This document shows positions 8,929-18,180 of a stretch of DNA of 64,000 nucleotides, piece by piece. Source of the DNA: Candidatus Woesearchaeota archaeon. GTDB taxonomy: Archaea > Nanobdellota > Nanobdellia > Woesearchaeales > WJIZ01. Positions within the stretch are counted from its first letter, which is position 1; every line of letters begins with the position of its first letter. The notes beneath the pieces are model-generated. The model was not told where the DNA came from, did not search any database, and worked only from the letters and a program-made list of their open reading frames with translations. Where the stretch lies: assembly GCA_018303125.1 (NCBI GenBank), contig JAGVYS010000001.1, positions 5,886-69,885 on the forward strand. Direction: 5' to 3'. Made by a program: the position numbers and the translations under genes.

Positions 8929-10368
8929 ATGTCTTTTTTTAAAAGCATAATATACAACTTGCCGGAGGTCGCCGGCCCTACGCAGAAAAAGCTGTCCTTC
9001 AAGGAAAAGCTGAAGTGGACGCTTATCATTCTTGTAATATATTTCGCTTTGGGACTTTTCCCACTGTTCGGGCTTGGTCAGAATTCCCTCCAGAATTTCG
9101 AATTCCTGTCCATAATCCTTGGCGCGCAGTTTGGCTCTATCATAAGCCTTGGAATAGGCCCAATAGTCACATCTTCAATAGTCCTGCAGCTCCTCAATGG
9201 CTCAGGCATAGTTAAATTCGACCTAAAAACCCCTGAGGGGAAAAAGACTTTTCAGGGAGTGCAGAAGCTGCTTTCCTACTTTTTCATAATATTTGAAAGC
9301 TCAATTTATGTATTCATGGGAGGTTTTTCTCCGCCGGTTATTGGCTCACAGTTAGGTACAACAATAGTTACTGGCCAGCTCTTCTTCAGGCTGCAGCTAA
9401 TCATGGTATTCCAGCTCATATTAGGAGGTATACTTATCCTTTTCATGGACGAGGTTGTTTCCAAGTGGGGATTCGGTTCAGGAATAGGCCTTTTCATAGC
9501 AGCAGGCGTATCCCAGTCAATATTCATCCAGGCCTTCAACTGGCTGCCTGGCCCTGATGGCGTCGAGGGCATTACTTATTCAGCTGGAAAACTCCCTGGA
9601 TTGTTTCAGGCATTGAGTGCTGGCGACCCGACAACCGCAGGCATAAATATCGCATCAATTCTTGCCACTATCCTTGTTTTCATGCTTGTTGTGTATATTC
9701 AGGCAATGAAAGTTGAGATTCCATTGTCATTCGGGAAGATAAGGGGCCATGGAATAAGGTGGCCGTTGAGTTTTATTTATACATCAAATATCCCAGTCAT
9801 ACTCGTAGCTGCCCTTCTTGCAAATCTCCAGCTTTGGGGAAGCCTTTTCCAGAATACGTTCTTCGGGCCTTTGCTAGGCCAGTATTCATCTGATGGCGTG
9901 CTTATAGGTGGCCTTGCTTATTGGCTAAGGGCACCTAACCTTGTCAGGACAATAATTGAGCAAAAAACATTATTCCTTAGCGCAGACATATACCTCCAGT
10001 CAATTGCATATGTTGTCTTTATGGTTGCAGGAGCAATTATATTCTCGATATTCTGGATGCAGACAGCGGGCATGGATGCGAGAACACAGGCAGGTAATAT
10101 GATGAGCTCTGGCTTGCAGATTCCTGGCTTCAGAAGAGATCAGAGAGTGCTGGAAAGCCTCCTTGGAAGGTATATCATGCCTCTAACAGTAATGGGCGGT
10201 GCAACTGTTGGTTTGCTTGCTGCCGTTGCTGACTTAAGTGGTGCATTATCTCAAGGTACAGGAATATTGCTTGCAGTCATGATAATTTACAGGCTGTATG
10301 AGGACATAGCAAAACAGCATGCTGTTGACATGAATCCAATGATGCGAAAGTTCATAGGGGAGAATTAA
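8929..10368 (+). CDS. secY: Preprotein translocase subunit SecY
   Basis: 10-TM protein with SecY plug and signature regions; conserved position after L15. Confidence 0.95.
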   Translation: MSFFKSIIYNLPEVAGPTQKKLSFKEKLKWTLIILVIYFALGLFPLFGLGQNSLQNFEFLSIILGAQFGSIISLGIGPIVTSSIVLQLLNGSGIVKFDLKTPEGKKTFQGVQKLLSYFFIIFESSIYVFMGGFSPPVIGSQLGTTIVTGQLFFRLQLIMVFQLILGGILILFMDEVVSKWGFGSGIGLFIAAGVSQSIFIQAFNWLPGPDGVEGITYSAGKLPGLFQALSAGDPTTAGINIASILATILVFMLVVYIQAMKVEIPLSFGKIRGHGIRWPLSFIYTSNIPVILVAALLANLQLWGSLFQNTFFGPLLGQYSSDGVLIGGLAYWLRAPNLVRTIIEQKTLFLSADIYLQSIAYVVFMVAGAIIFSIFWMQTAGMDARTQAGNMMSSGLQIPGFRRDQRVLESLLGRYIMPLTVMGGATVGLLAAVADLSGALSQGTGILLAVMIIYRLYEDIAKQHAVDMNPMMRKFIGEN

Positions 10369-11144
10369 TGGCATTCAGCAACATCCTTGACCCTGTCCTC
10401 GGGCCTTTGCTTCTCATTGATCCATTGCTTTCAATGTTCTTGATATCATTAGGAGTTTCCCTGCTCATGGTCCTCATTTACAAATTCACGACCAACCAGG
10501 AGCTCATGAAGAGGCTCAAGGAAGAAATGAAGGCCATGCAGAAGAAGGTAAGGGAGCTGAAAAATAATCCAGATGAGATGATGAAGGCAAACAAGGCTAT
10601 GATGGACTCAAACATGAAGTACATGAAACAGTCTTTCAAGTCAACGCTTTTCACGATGATTCCCTTACTGCTTATATTCGGCTGGATGGCGGCAAATTTT
10701 TCATACGAGCCAATTGGTCCGGGAGAGCAATTCTCCATAACGCTTCTCTTCAACAAGAACGCATCAGGCCAAGCAAAGGCTGAGGTTCCTGCAGGAATAA
10801 GCATCATAGGTGAAGCAGAAAAGAATATTACAGGAAGAATGGCAACATTCACATTCAAGGGCGAAAAAGGGGAGTATACAGGCACAAGCAGCATAAAGCT
10901 ATCCTACAAAAGCGCGGAACCGAAAATAGCGGAAACAGTTGAATTCAAGGACGTGCTGATAACTAATGGCCATAAATATTTACCAAAAGAAAAGCAGGTA
11001 AAAAACTCTGACCTCTCATTCATAAGCATTGATTACAAGAAAAGGATAGTGCTTCCTGGCCTTAACTGGGGCTGGCTCGGCACATACATTTTGTTCTCAA
11101 TTGTGTTCAGCCTTGTCCTGAGAAAGGCTATGAAGGTGTATTAG
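10368..11144 (+). CDS. DUF106-family membrane protein (archaeal YidC/Oxa1/EMC3-like insertase) carrying a ~125-aa extracytoplasmic insertion
   Basis: N-terminus ILDPVLGPLLLIDPLLSMFLISL...TNQELMKRLKEEMK...QKKVRELK is the DUF106 (MJ0480-like) signature; TM1, coiled coil, TM2, inserted domain, TM3. Confidence 0.7.
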   Translation: MAFSNILDPVLGPLLLIDPLLSMFLISLGVSLLMVLIYKFTTNQELMKRLKEEMKAMQKKVRELKNNPDEMMKANKAMMDSNMKYMKQSFKSTLFTMIPLLLIFGWMAANFSYEPIGPGEQFSITLLFNKNASGQAKAEVPAGISIIGEAEKNITGRMATFTFKGEKGEYTGTSSIKLSYKSAEPKIAETVEFKDVLITNGHKYLPKEKQVKNSDLSFISIDYKKRIVLPGLNWGWLGTYILFSIVFSLVLRKAMKVY

Positions 11145-11189
11145 AAAGTAACCCTAATATTTATATATCACAGGAGAATCCTGAAAAAC

Positions 11190-11468
11190 ATGGTAGGAAA
11201 GGCATTAAGGTCAAGGTCATTCAGAAGAATAAAGGTCAAGGTACCTGGTGGAAGAGTAGTAGTTAGTTTCAGGAAAAGAGTACCTAAGCTAGGTTCATGC
11301 CACATTACAGGCGAAAAGCTCAAGGGAGTTTCAAGAGGTTTTGATTACCAAGTTAGAAACATGTCAAAAAGCTCAAAGAGGCCCTCGAGACCTTATGGTG
11401 GAGTGCTCAGCTCAAGGGCAATGAGACTCCTGCTAAAGGAAAAGGCAAGGAGAACATTCGGGGAATAG
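11190..11468 (+). CDS. rpl34e: 50S ribosomal protein L34e (eL34)
   Basis: RSRSFRRIKVKVPGGR...CHITGEKL zinc-ribbon-like L34e. Confidence 0.85.
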   Translation: MVGKALRSRSFRRIKVKVPGGRVVVSFRKRVPKLGSCHITGEKLKGVSRGFDYQVRNMSKSSKRPSRPYGGVLSSRAMRLLLKEKARRTFGE

Positions 11469-11527
11469 CAGCTTCGGCAACGTGCTGAAAATGAAAACAA
11501 AAATTCTTATGATGGAGGTCGTTTAAA

Positions 11528-11914
11528 ATGTTTGATATAGGAAGAATAGTGATGAAAATAGCAGGAAGGGATGCAGGAAGAGAAGCAGTAATAGTAGATA
11601 CAATAGACAGCAATTATGTTCTTATTGACGGCAATGTAAGAAGGAAAAAATGCAATGTAAATCACCTTGAGCCAAGCCATAAAAAGATTGACATAAAGAA
11701 AGGTGCAGCCCATGAGGAGATTGCAAAGAAATTCGAGGAGCTGGGCTATGGGGTATGGTCAACAAAGCCAAAGCAGGTAGGAGAAAAGCCTGTAAAGGTC
11801 AGAAAGGAAAAGGTAGAGGAGCCAGCAGAGAAAAAGCCTAAGACAGCAAAAAAGAAGATAGTAAAGGATGCTGAAGTGACATCAGAGAAAAAGGCAGAGC
11901 CGAAGAAGAAGTAA
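11528..11914 (+). CDS. rpl14e: 50S ribosomal protein L14e (eL14) with a K/E/P-rich tail
   Basis: MFDIGRIVMKIAGRDAGREAVIVDTID KOW/SH3-like. Confidence 0.85.
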   Translation: MFDIGRIVMKIAGRDAGREAVIVDTIDSNYVLIDGNVRRKKCNVNHLEPSHKKIDIKKGAAHEEIAKKFEELGYGVWSTKPKQVGEKPVKVRKEKVEEPAEKKPKTAKKKIVKDAEVTSEKKAEPKKK

Positions 11915-11915
11915 A

Positions 11916-12095
11916 ATGCCATATATTGACATAAAGGTTGCTGGAAAGCTCACAAAGGAGCAAAAAGAAAAGATTTGCAGCGAAGTCACAAGGGTTATTT
12001 CTGAAATAACGAAAAAGAAGCCCGAAAGCCACTATGTTGTCATAGAGGAAGTGGAAAGGGAGAATTGGGCAGTTGGCGGCAAGCTTCTAGGATAA
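11916..12095 (+). CDS. 4-oxalocrotonate tautomerase family protein (59 aa), missed by the ORF track
   Basis: MPYIDIKVAGKLTKEQKEKICSEVTRVISEITKKKPESHYVVIEEVERENWAVGGKLLG has the N-terminal Pro1 and aligns along its whole length to YwhB/4-OT-type tautomerases. Confidence 0.7.
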   Translation: MPYIDIKVAGKLTKEQKEKICSEVTRVISEITKKKPESHYVVIEEVERENWAVGGKLLG

Positions 12096-13742
12096 TTAAT
12101 TCAAAACATCAAATAATTCTGTAAGGTTCAACTCAAATGCTGCAACAGGCATTGACAATTCCCAGTTGGATATTACTTGCGGAGATATCTCTCCAACATA
12201 TGCTACATCCTTTCCCTTGACAGATATCCTTGCAACCCTTCCGGGGATGAAGCTTGAATGATTTGTTTGATTTACAGTATACTCAATCCCGAGCATCCTC
12301 AGGAGATAATCAAATATCTGCCTTATCCTTGTATAGTCTGATATTTCATTGCATAATATGCATGCAAGCCTGTCATTCTCAATTACTCCTGTCTCTGAAT
12401 TGCCTTTCTTGAATACTGTGTTTATTGAAAATATGTTTTGCGGATACTCATTATGCTTGTTTTTCTTGAGCACATCCATGAGAGAAGGAAGTGCCCAGGC
12501 AAGCAAGACAGAATATTCCTCATTCAATGAATTGGCAAGAGGCAAAGGTGAAATATCACAATCCATGAGCTTTGACTGGCTGTCTTTGCTGGAAAGATGG
12601 TATGTCTTGCACTCAATCATGCCTATGCTGGCAAGTATCTCTGCTGCCCTTCTCTTGAAAACCTCAAACTTGTCCTCTCCTGCAATAGAATGTATCTTTG
12701 AAATCTTCTCAGGGAAGTTCTCATATCCATAAGCAATGGCAATATCGGTAGCAATGTCTGCCTGGTGGAGTATGTCAGCCCTGTAAGGGGGTATTGTTAT
12801 TTTTCCGTTGGAATAACCATGACCCATCCTGGACAATAATTCCTTTGCCTCTGATTCCTTGAGGCTAAGCCCTAGCCTTTTGTTGATATATGCAAGGTCG
12901 AGGCACATAAAAGAAGGTGAAAGGTCAGGAGAGGTTATATTCTTTCCATACATATCTATCTCAACAGAATAAACTGTTCCGCCCATGTCAGATAAGGCTG
13001 TGACTATTATGTTTAGGCATGTTGCCTGGACAGAGTAATCAAAACCAGAGCATTCAATGAAAACATCGGTTGTTGCTTCTGTTATCTTGCCTATGTCGTG
13101 CGAGTTTATGATGGGTGGCACGCTGAGCACCTTTCCTGTTGAGTCCAGGAATACAGGGAACTTCTCCATGCCATTAAGCAAATGCCCGTATTCCCTTCCT
13201 GCTGGGTGCTTTGAAAGCATCTGCATGGCGTTTATTTCTGTCGGGTATTCAAGAGGTCTGAATATTATCTCAGATGGCTTCATTGCCAGGAATCTTATCG
13301 GTGGCGTTATTCTCTCGAAGGGGTAAATGCCTACAGCTGCCTTCTTCCTGTTCCTTCCATATGTTACATGCAGCTTTTCCTGTATCTGAATTACTTCCCT
13401 TATCTTCTCGTCATCGAATTTTATGCCCTTCACTATTGCGCAGGCTGTGTATGGTCTAACGTTCTTTGCAGACTGCTCAACAATGACTTTTTGCCCTGAT
13501 TTCTTTACAGAATATTCCCTAAAGCCTTTCTTGGCTCCTATGAAACTTGCGAAAGCTCTTGCAAATCCCTGCTCCGAGAGCATGTCGGGCCTGTTTGGGA
13601 AAATCTCTACTATAATCTTATCAGCAGTTACATTCTCCAAGTCGGTTCCCAGATAGCTTATCCTATCCTTTAGCGTAGCATCATTCAGCTTCTTTCCGAC
13701 TAATTTTTCAAATGTTTTTCTGTTCAGTGTTACTGTTGGCAT
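12096..13742 (-). CDS. pheT: Phenylalanine--tRNA ligase beta subunit (archaeal type)
   Basis: B3/4 and B5 domains plus class II catalytic-like module; follows pheS. Confidence 0.9.
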   Translation of the reverse strand: MPTVTLNRKTFEKLVGKKLNDATLKDRISYLGTDLENVTADKIIVEIFPNRPDMLSEQGFARAFASFIGAKKGFREYSVKKSGQKVIVEQSAKNVRPYTACAIVKGIKFDDEKIREVIQIQEKLHVTYGRNRKKAAVGIYPFERITPPIRFLAMKPSEIIFRPLEYPTEINAMQMLSKHPAGREYGHLLNGMEKFPVFLDSTGKVLSVPPIINSHDIGKITEATTDVFIECSGFDYSVQATCLNIIVTALSDMGGTVYSVEIDMYGKNITSPDLSPSFMCLDLAYINKRLGLSLKESEAKELLSRMGHGYSNGKITIPPYRADILHQADIATDIAIAYGYENFPEKISKIHSIAGEDKFEVFKRRAAEILASIGMIECKTYHLSSKDSQSKLMDCDISPLPLANSLNEEYSVLLAWALPSLMDVLKKNKHNEYPQNIFSINTVFKKGNSETGVIENDRLACILCNEISDYTRIRQIFDYLLRMLGIEYTVNQTNHSSFIPGRVARISVKGKDVAYVGEISPQVISNWELSMPVAAFELNLTELFDVLN

Positions 13743-13743
13743 T

Positions 13744-15270
13744 TTATCGCACCCAAAACTTCATTTCCTTAGTCTGCCTGAGGTCATTTCCGTAAAGCTG
13801 CCTTATATCAGAGATGTTCCAGTATTCTGAGATTATTCTGTCGAGGCCAAGCCCCCAAGCAAGGACAGGTACTTCTTCGCCCAATAATGGAGAGGTAAGC
13901 TCTGGCCTGAATATTCCTGCTCCACCAAGCTCAATCCATTCCTTTCTTTTTGGATGCAATACCTCGACTTCGCAACTGCAATAGGTATATGGAAAGTGTG
14001 CAGGCCTTATTCTCACATCAGAGTATCCCATCTTTGTGAAGAACTCCCTTAAGTATCCTTTCAGGTTTGTGAAATTCAAATCCTTGTCTACCACAATTCC
14101 CTCGACCTGATAGAACTCGAAGAGGTGCTTGTAATCAATAGCTTCATTCCTGAATACCTTTCCTACTGAAAAAAGCTTGCATGGCATGTCAGACTTCTTT
14201 ATTCTTGATAATGCATGCGCAGATAAAACAGTTGTATGTGTCCTCAAGAGATTTTCCTTGGCGAGTTCCTCTGACCATCCCTTTCCCCATCCTTTTGACC
14301 CTGTGGAAGAGCCTGTCTCATGCACATCCTTTATCTTTTTCCAGAACAGGGGCAATTTTCCTACCTTTGGTTCCTTCAGGTAAAATGTGTCCTGCATCTG
14401 CCTGGCTGGATGGTCCTGTGGAACAAAAAGGCAATCCAAATCCCAGAAGCTAAGCTGTACCATGCTGCCTGTCATCTCCTTGAAGCCCATGTCAATCCAT
14501 ATGGATTTTATGTAATCAACAGCCTGGCTGACAAAATGCCTTTTCCCACCGCTAACTTTAGGGACATTTATTCCTACATCATATTCCCTGAATGTCTTAC
14601 CCTTCCATTGCCCTGCCCTAAGAAGAGAAGGAGTCAATCTATCCTCTGTCTGTATTGTAACCTTTACTCCCTTAAGCTCCTTGCCGAAATCAGTGAGGCT
14701 TATGGATTTTATTTTTTCCCTAGATAAGGATATTATGTCTTTCCTCTTTGCCAACTGCTCAAGTGCAAATTTTTCTTCGGGTGCTATTCCTGAGGCATCC
14801 ATGGGAAACTCTTTCTCGAGAAATGCCTCCTCAAGGCTTTTCTTTCCGATAATTTTCTTTCCGTTCTCAGATATCCTGAAAAAAGGCTCCTTTTCTTTCC
14901 TTATCTCTATTGCAGCTTTTGACCTCAGTATGCCTATGCACACATTAATCTCTTCCCTGTCCAAGCTGCTTTTTTCTGCAATCTGAGAAAGTGTCATCTC
15001 TTTTTTATCTATTGCCTCGAGAAATCTCCTTTCAGGCAAGCCATTTTCCCTGTACTTAACACCATTAGTACCCAATTGCACAACGTCTTTTTCCTTCTCG
15101 CTGATTGAAACAGCTCCCTTATTGGATAGCCACTGGATAGCCCTCATAGCCTCAACGTCAGAAATCCCTGAATTATCAGCCAATAGCCTTAAATCTATGC
15201 CGTCTGTTATGTTAGGCAATACTTTCCTCTCCAGTATATGGAGATTCTGCGCAAGCTTTTTTGCATCCAT
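13744..15270 (-). CDS. pheS: Phenylalanine--tRNA ligase alpha subunit
   Basis: Class II motifs (FRPE..., GLGLDRI) and archaeal N-terminal wH extension. Confidence 0.9.
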   Translation of the reverse strand: MDAKKLAQNLHILERKVLPNITDGIDLRLLADNSGISDVEAMRAIQWLSNKGAVSISEKEKDVVQLGTNGVKYRENGLPERRFLEAIDKKEMTLSQIAEKSSLDREEINVCIGILRSKAAIEIRKEKEPFFRISENGKKIIGKKSLEEAFLEKEFPMDASGIAPEEKFALEQLAKRKDIISLSREKIKSISLTDFGKELKGVKVTIQTEDRLTPSLLRAGQWKGKTFREYDVGINVPKVSGGKRHFVSQAVDYIKSIWIDMGFKEMTGSMVQLSFWDLDCLFVPQDHPARQMQDTFYLKEPKVGKLPLFWKKIKDVHETGSSTGSKGWGKGWSEELAKENLLRTHTTVLSAHALSRIKKSDMPCKLFSVGKVFRNEAIDYKHLFEFYQVEGIVVDKDLNFTNLKGYLREFFTKMGYSDVRIRPAHFPYTYCSCEVEVLHPKRKEWIELGGAGIFRPELTSPLLGEEVPVLAWGLGLDRIISEYWNISDIRQLYGNDLRQTKEMKFWVR

Positions 15271-15278
15271 TTTGCTAC

Positions 15279-16082
15279 TTAATATGCTCTTGGGTAACTC
15301 CCGAGCACCTTCAGGAAGAAGCTTTTACTTATTGATTTAAAAGCATTTTTGACATCCAAGTCAGACTCATGCCCCTGGAGGTCTATGAAGAAGATGTAAT
15401 CACCAAGCTTGCCTTTGGAGGGCCTTGACTCAATCTTTGTGAGGTTTATGCCCCTGTTGGCGAATTCACCTATGAGCCCATATAGCAATCCTGCCTTGTC
15501 TTTATGAGGGTATATTGCAATGCTTGTCCTGTCCTTGCCTGTCCTTGCATGCGACTTTTTATCGAGTACTACGAAGCGTGTTACATTGAACCTGCTGTCC
15601 TGTATGTCTCTTGCCACGCATTTGAGATTGTATTTTTTTATTGCCATCATTGGGACTATAGCTCCATATCCCTTCCCTTTGCTCATTGCAAGCTTCTCTG
15701 CAGATTTAGCATTGCTTTCAGTAGGAATAACTTCCACATCTCCCAAATGTGCCCTTATGAACTTCTCGCATTGGGCAAAGGCCTGCAGATTAGAATAAAT
15801 TTTCTTTATTTTTCCGTCGTTTGCCGCGAGATTGTGCCTCACTGGTATTATGATCTCTGCGCATATCTTCAGGTTGAAATCCATCAGTGCATCAAGCGTA
15901 AGCCCCACAGTTCCAGATACTGAATTCTCCAACGGCGCAATTCCCTTTTCTGCCTTTCCCTGCTTTACACAATTGAAAACATTCCATATCGTAGTCTGAA
16001 GAAGTATGCTTGTATTTCCGCTGTATTTTATTGCTGCCTCATGGCTGAACGTTCCTATCGGTCCAAGAGTTGCGATTTTCAT
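15279..16082 (-). CDS. pheA: Prephenate dehydratase with C-terminal ACT domain; no chorismate mutase domain
   Basis: IATLGPIGTFSHEAA...ENSVSGTV PDT signature; ACT-like C-terminus. Confidence 0.85.
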   Translation of the reverse strand: MKIATLGPIGTFSHEAAIKYSGNTSILLQTTIWNVFNCVKQGKAEKGIAPLENSVSGTVGLTLDALMDFNLKICAEIIIPVRHNLAANDGKIKKIYSNLQAFAQCEKFIRAHLGDVEVIPTESNAKSAEKLAMSKGKGYGAIVPMMAIKKYNLKCVARDIQDSRFNVTRFVVLDKKSHARTGKDRTSIAIYPHKDKAGLLYGLIGEFANRGINLTKIESRPSKGKLGDYIFFIDLQGHESDLDVKNAFKSISKSFFLKVLGSYPRAY

Positions 16083-16933
16083 TTTTTCTTTACTCTTCTT
16101 TTTGCCAATGTTTCAATAAGGTAGTTGGTATATTCAAATGCTTCCTTGTTGAACTCTTGGAAATAATCCGAGCCATGCTTGAAATATGTCGCAAATTCCT
16201 CTATGTTCTTATCCTTTATTATGCTATAGAGCTTTGTGCACTCCTCAAGGTATGCTTTGATGGCTTTCAGGCTATACTCATTGTTTATGCATATCTGCGC
16301 ATACAGATATGGGTTCTGGTAGAGAAGCCTGCCGATAACATCCATGTTAAGGCGATATGTTGGGCTGCTGTATTCCTCTCCTTGCATGACATTAACTCCC
16401 ATCCTCTCCCATACATGGCTTAGGGTTATAGAGCTAAAATGTGTTACGGACTGTATAACTGACATCATCTTGTCATGATCTGCTGCAGTGCTTATTTTCA
16501 ATTTTGCACCTTCCTTGAGCAGCATCTTGATTAACCATTCTCTCCATTTCTCCCCTCTTCCAGGGCAGATTACCATGGTCTGGTTTCTGAATGTTGAAAC
16601 ATATGGTCCGAAGACAGGATGAGTTCCTACTACTTCAGCTTTTGAATACTTAAGCATGGCTTCTATCGGCTTTTCCTTTATTGAAGTTACATCCATAAGA
16701 AGGGAAGATTCCTTGATTAATGGCCCTACTTCTCTTATTACATCGCATGTTGCCTCTATTGGGACTGATATGACCACAATGTCTGCATCAGACACTGCTT
16801 TCTTTGGATCATCATTTCTTCCTATTAGCATGACATCGCACTTGTGCCTCTCGAAAAATCTTCCAAGCCATCTTCCCATCTGGCCTTTTCCGCCTATTAT
16901 AGTTGCTTTAATTCTCATTGAAGTTTGCCCCAA
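16079..16933 (-). CDS. tyrA: Prephenate dehydrogenase
   Basis: Rossmann GGKGQMGRWLG plus PDH C-domain; 4-nt overlap with pheA. Confidence 0.8.
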   Translation of the reverse strand: MGQTSMRIKATIIGGKGQMGRWLGRFFERHKCDVMLIGRNDDPKKAVSDADIVVISVPIEATCDVIREVGPLIKESSLLMDVTSIKEKPIEAMLKYSKAEVVGTHPVFGPYVSTFRNQTMVICPGRGEKWREWLIKMLLKEGAKLKISTAADHDKMMSVIQSVTHFSSITLSHVWERMGVNVMQGEEYSSPTYRLNMDVIGRLLYQNPYLYAQICINNEYSLKAIKAYLEECTKLYSIIKDKNIEEFATYFKHGSDYFQEFNKEAFEYTNYLIETLAKRRVKKK

Positions 16934-18176
16934 TTTTTTTCATCTTTTCAACAAAGTAAGGGAATGTGACTGAAATGTGCTCTGCATCCTTTATTTCCGT
17001 AATGCCGCTTGCACACATGCCAGCACATGCAAGGGACATTATCACTCTATGGTCCTTGTATCCATCGACATTTGCGCCGTGAAGACTGCTGCGCTCTATT
17101 AATAGGCCATCTTCAAGTTCAGTTATTGACGCGCCCATCTTCTTCAACTCAGAGCACATCACAGCTATCCTGTCTGTTTCCTTTATCCTGGCCTGCGGAA
17201 CATTCTTAAGGACAGTTTTTCCTGATGCAAAGCATCCGACAATAGAGAGTATTGGCAAAAGGTCCGGAGTAGAATTAAGGTCTATCTCCCTGCCTTTTAG
17301 ATTTCCTGCTTTTATTGATACATCCATGCCTGAAATATTTATCTTGCATCCCATTTTCTTTAGTATTTCAATTATTTCCTTATCGCCTTGTGAATCATTT
17401 ATATCAACGCCGCTAACGGTTATTTCTGAGCCGGTTATAGCTGCTGCGCATAACGGGAATGCCGCCGAAGACCAATCCCCGGGAATCATTTTTGAAAATG
17501 ACTTATAACTTTGCTTTCCGTAAACTGTAAAATTTTTTATTCCTTCTCTCTTGTATCTTATCCCTTGTTCATCAAGCCACTCTAAAGTAACATCTACATA
17601 TGGCTGCTCATTTAACTGGTCATAGATTGTTATTTTAGTGTCCCCTTCAAGAAGAGGGCATGCCAGCAATAGGCTGCTTATGTACTGCGAGGTTTTGCCT
17701 GACACAGAAGTGCTTCCTGGAGTTATAGGTCCTTTTACTGATAAAGGTGCAAAACCATTCATGGATTTTGTTTTTGCACCTAGAATCTCCAGTGATTTAA
17801 GCAGAGGGCCCATCTGCCTTGTCCTCAGAGAGCCATCACCGTCAAAAGTGATCTCTTTTTCCTGAATGGCTGCCATGCTTGCCATAAACCTCAAAGTTGT
17901 GCCTGAATTCCCTACATCAATCTTGCTTGCCTTGAATTTTGGCTTGCCGCCAAGTCCGTGTACTTTCCACTCCGTGTCTTTTTCTTCCACTCTTGCGCCT
18001 GCTGCCTTTATTGCTGATAAAGCAGAAAGTCCATCCCCGGAATTAAGGGCATTTCGTATTGTGGAATCGCCATCTGCGAGCATAGCTATTACAGCAGCCC
18101 TTATTGTATGCGACTTTGAGCCAGGTACAATTATTGTCCCTTCAAGCTTCTTGGTAAACCCGCTTGCCAGCTTCAT
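16908..18176 (-). CDS. aroA: 3-phosphoshikimate 1-carboxyvinyltransferase (EPSP synthase)
   Basis: PGSKSHTIRA..., LGNSGTTLRF... signatures. Confidence 0.92.
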   Translation of the reverse strand: MKLASGFTKKLEGTIIVPGSKSHTIRAAVIAMLADGDSTIRNALNSGDGLSALSAIKAAGARVEEKDTEWKVHGLGGKPKFKASKIDVGNSGTTLRFMASMAAIQEKEITFDGDGSLRTRQMGPLLKSLEILGAKTKSMNGFAPLSVKGPITPGSTSVSGKTSQYISSLLLACPLLEGDTKITIYDQLNEQPYVDVTLEWLDEQGIRYKREGIKNFTVYGKQSYKSFSKMIPGDWSSAAFPLCAAAITGSEITVSGVDINDSQGDKEIIEILKKMGCKINISGMDVSIKAGNLKGREIDLNSTPDLLPILSIVGCFASGKTVLKNVPQARIKETDRIAVMCSELKKMGASITELEDGLLIERSSLHGANVDGYKDHRVIMSLACAGMCASGITEIKDAEHISVTFPYFVEKMKKIGANFNEN

Positions 18177-18180
18177 TATT

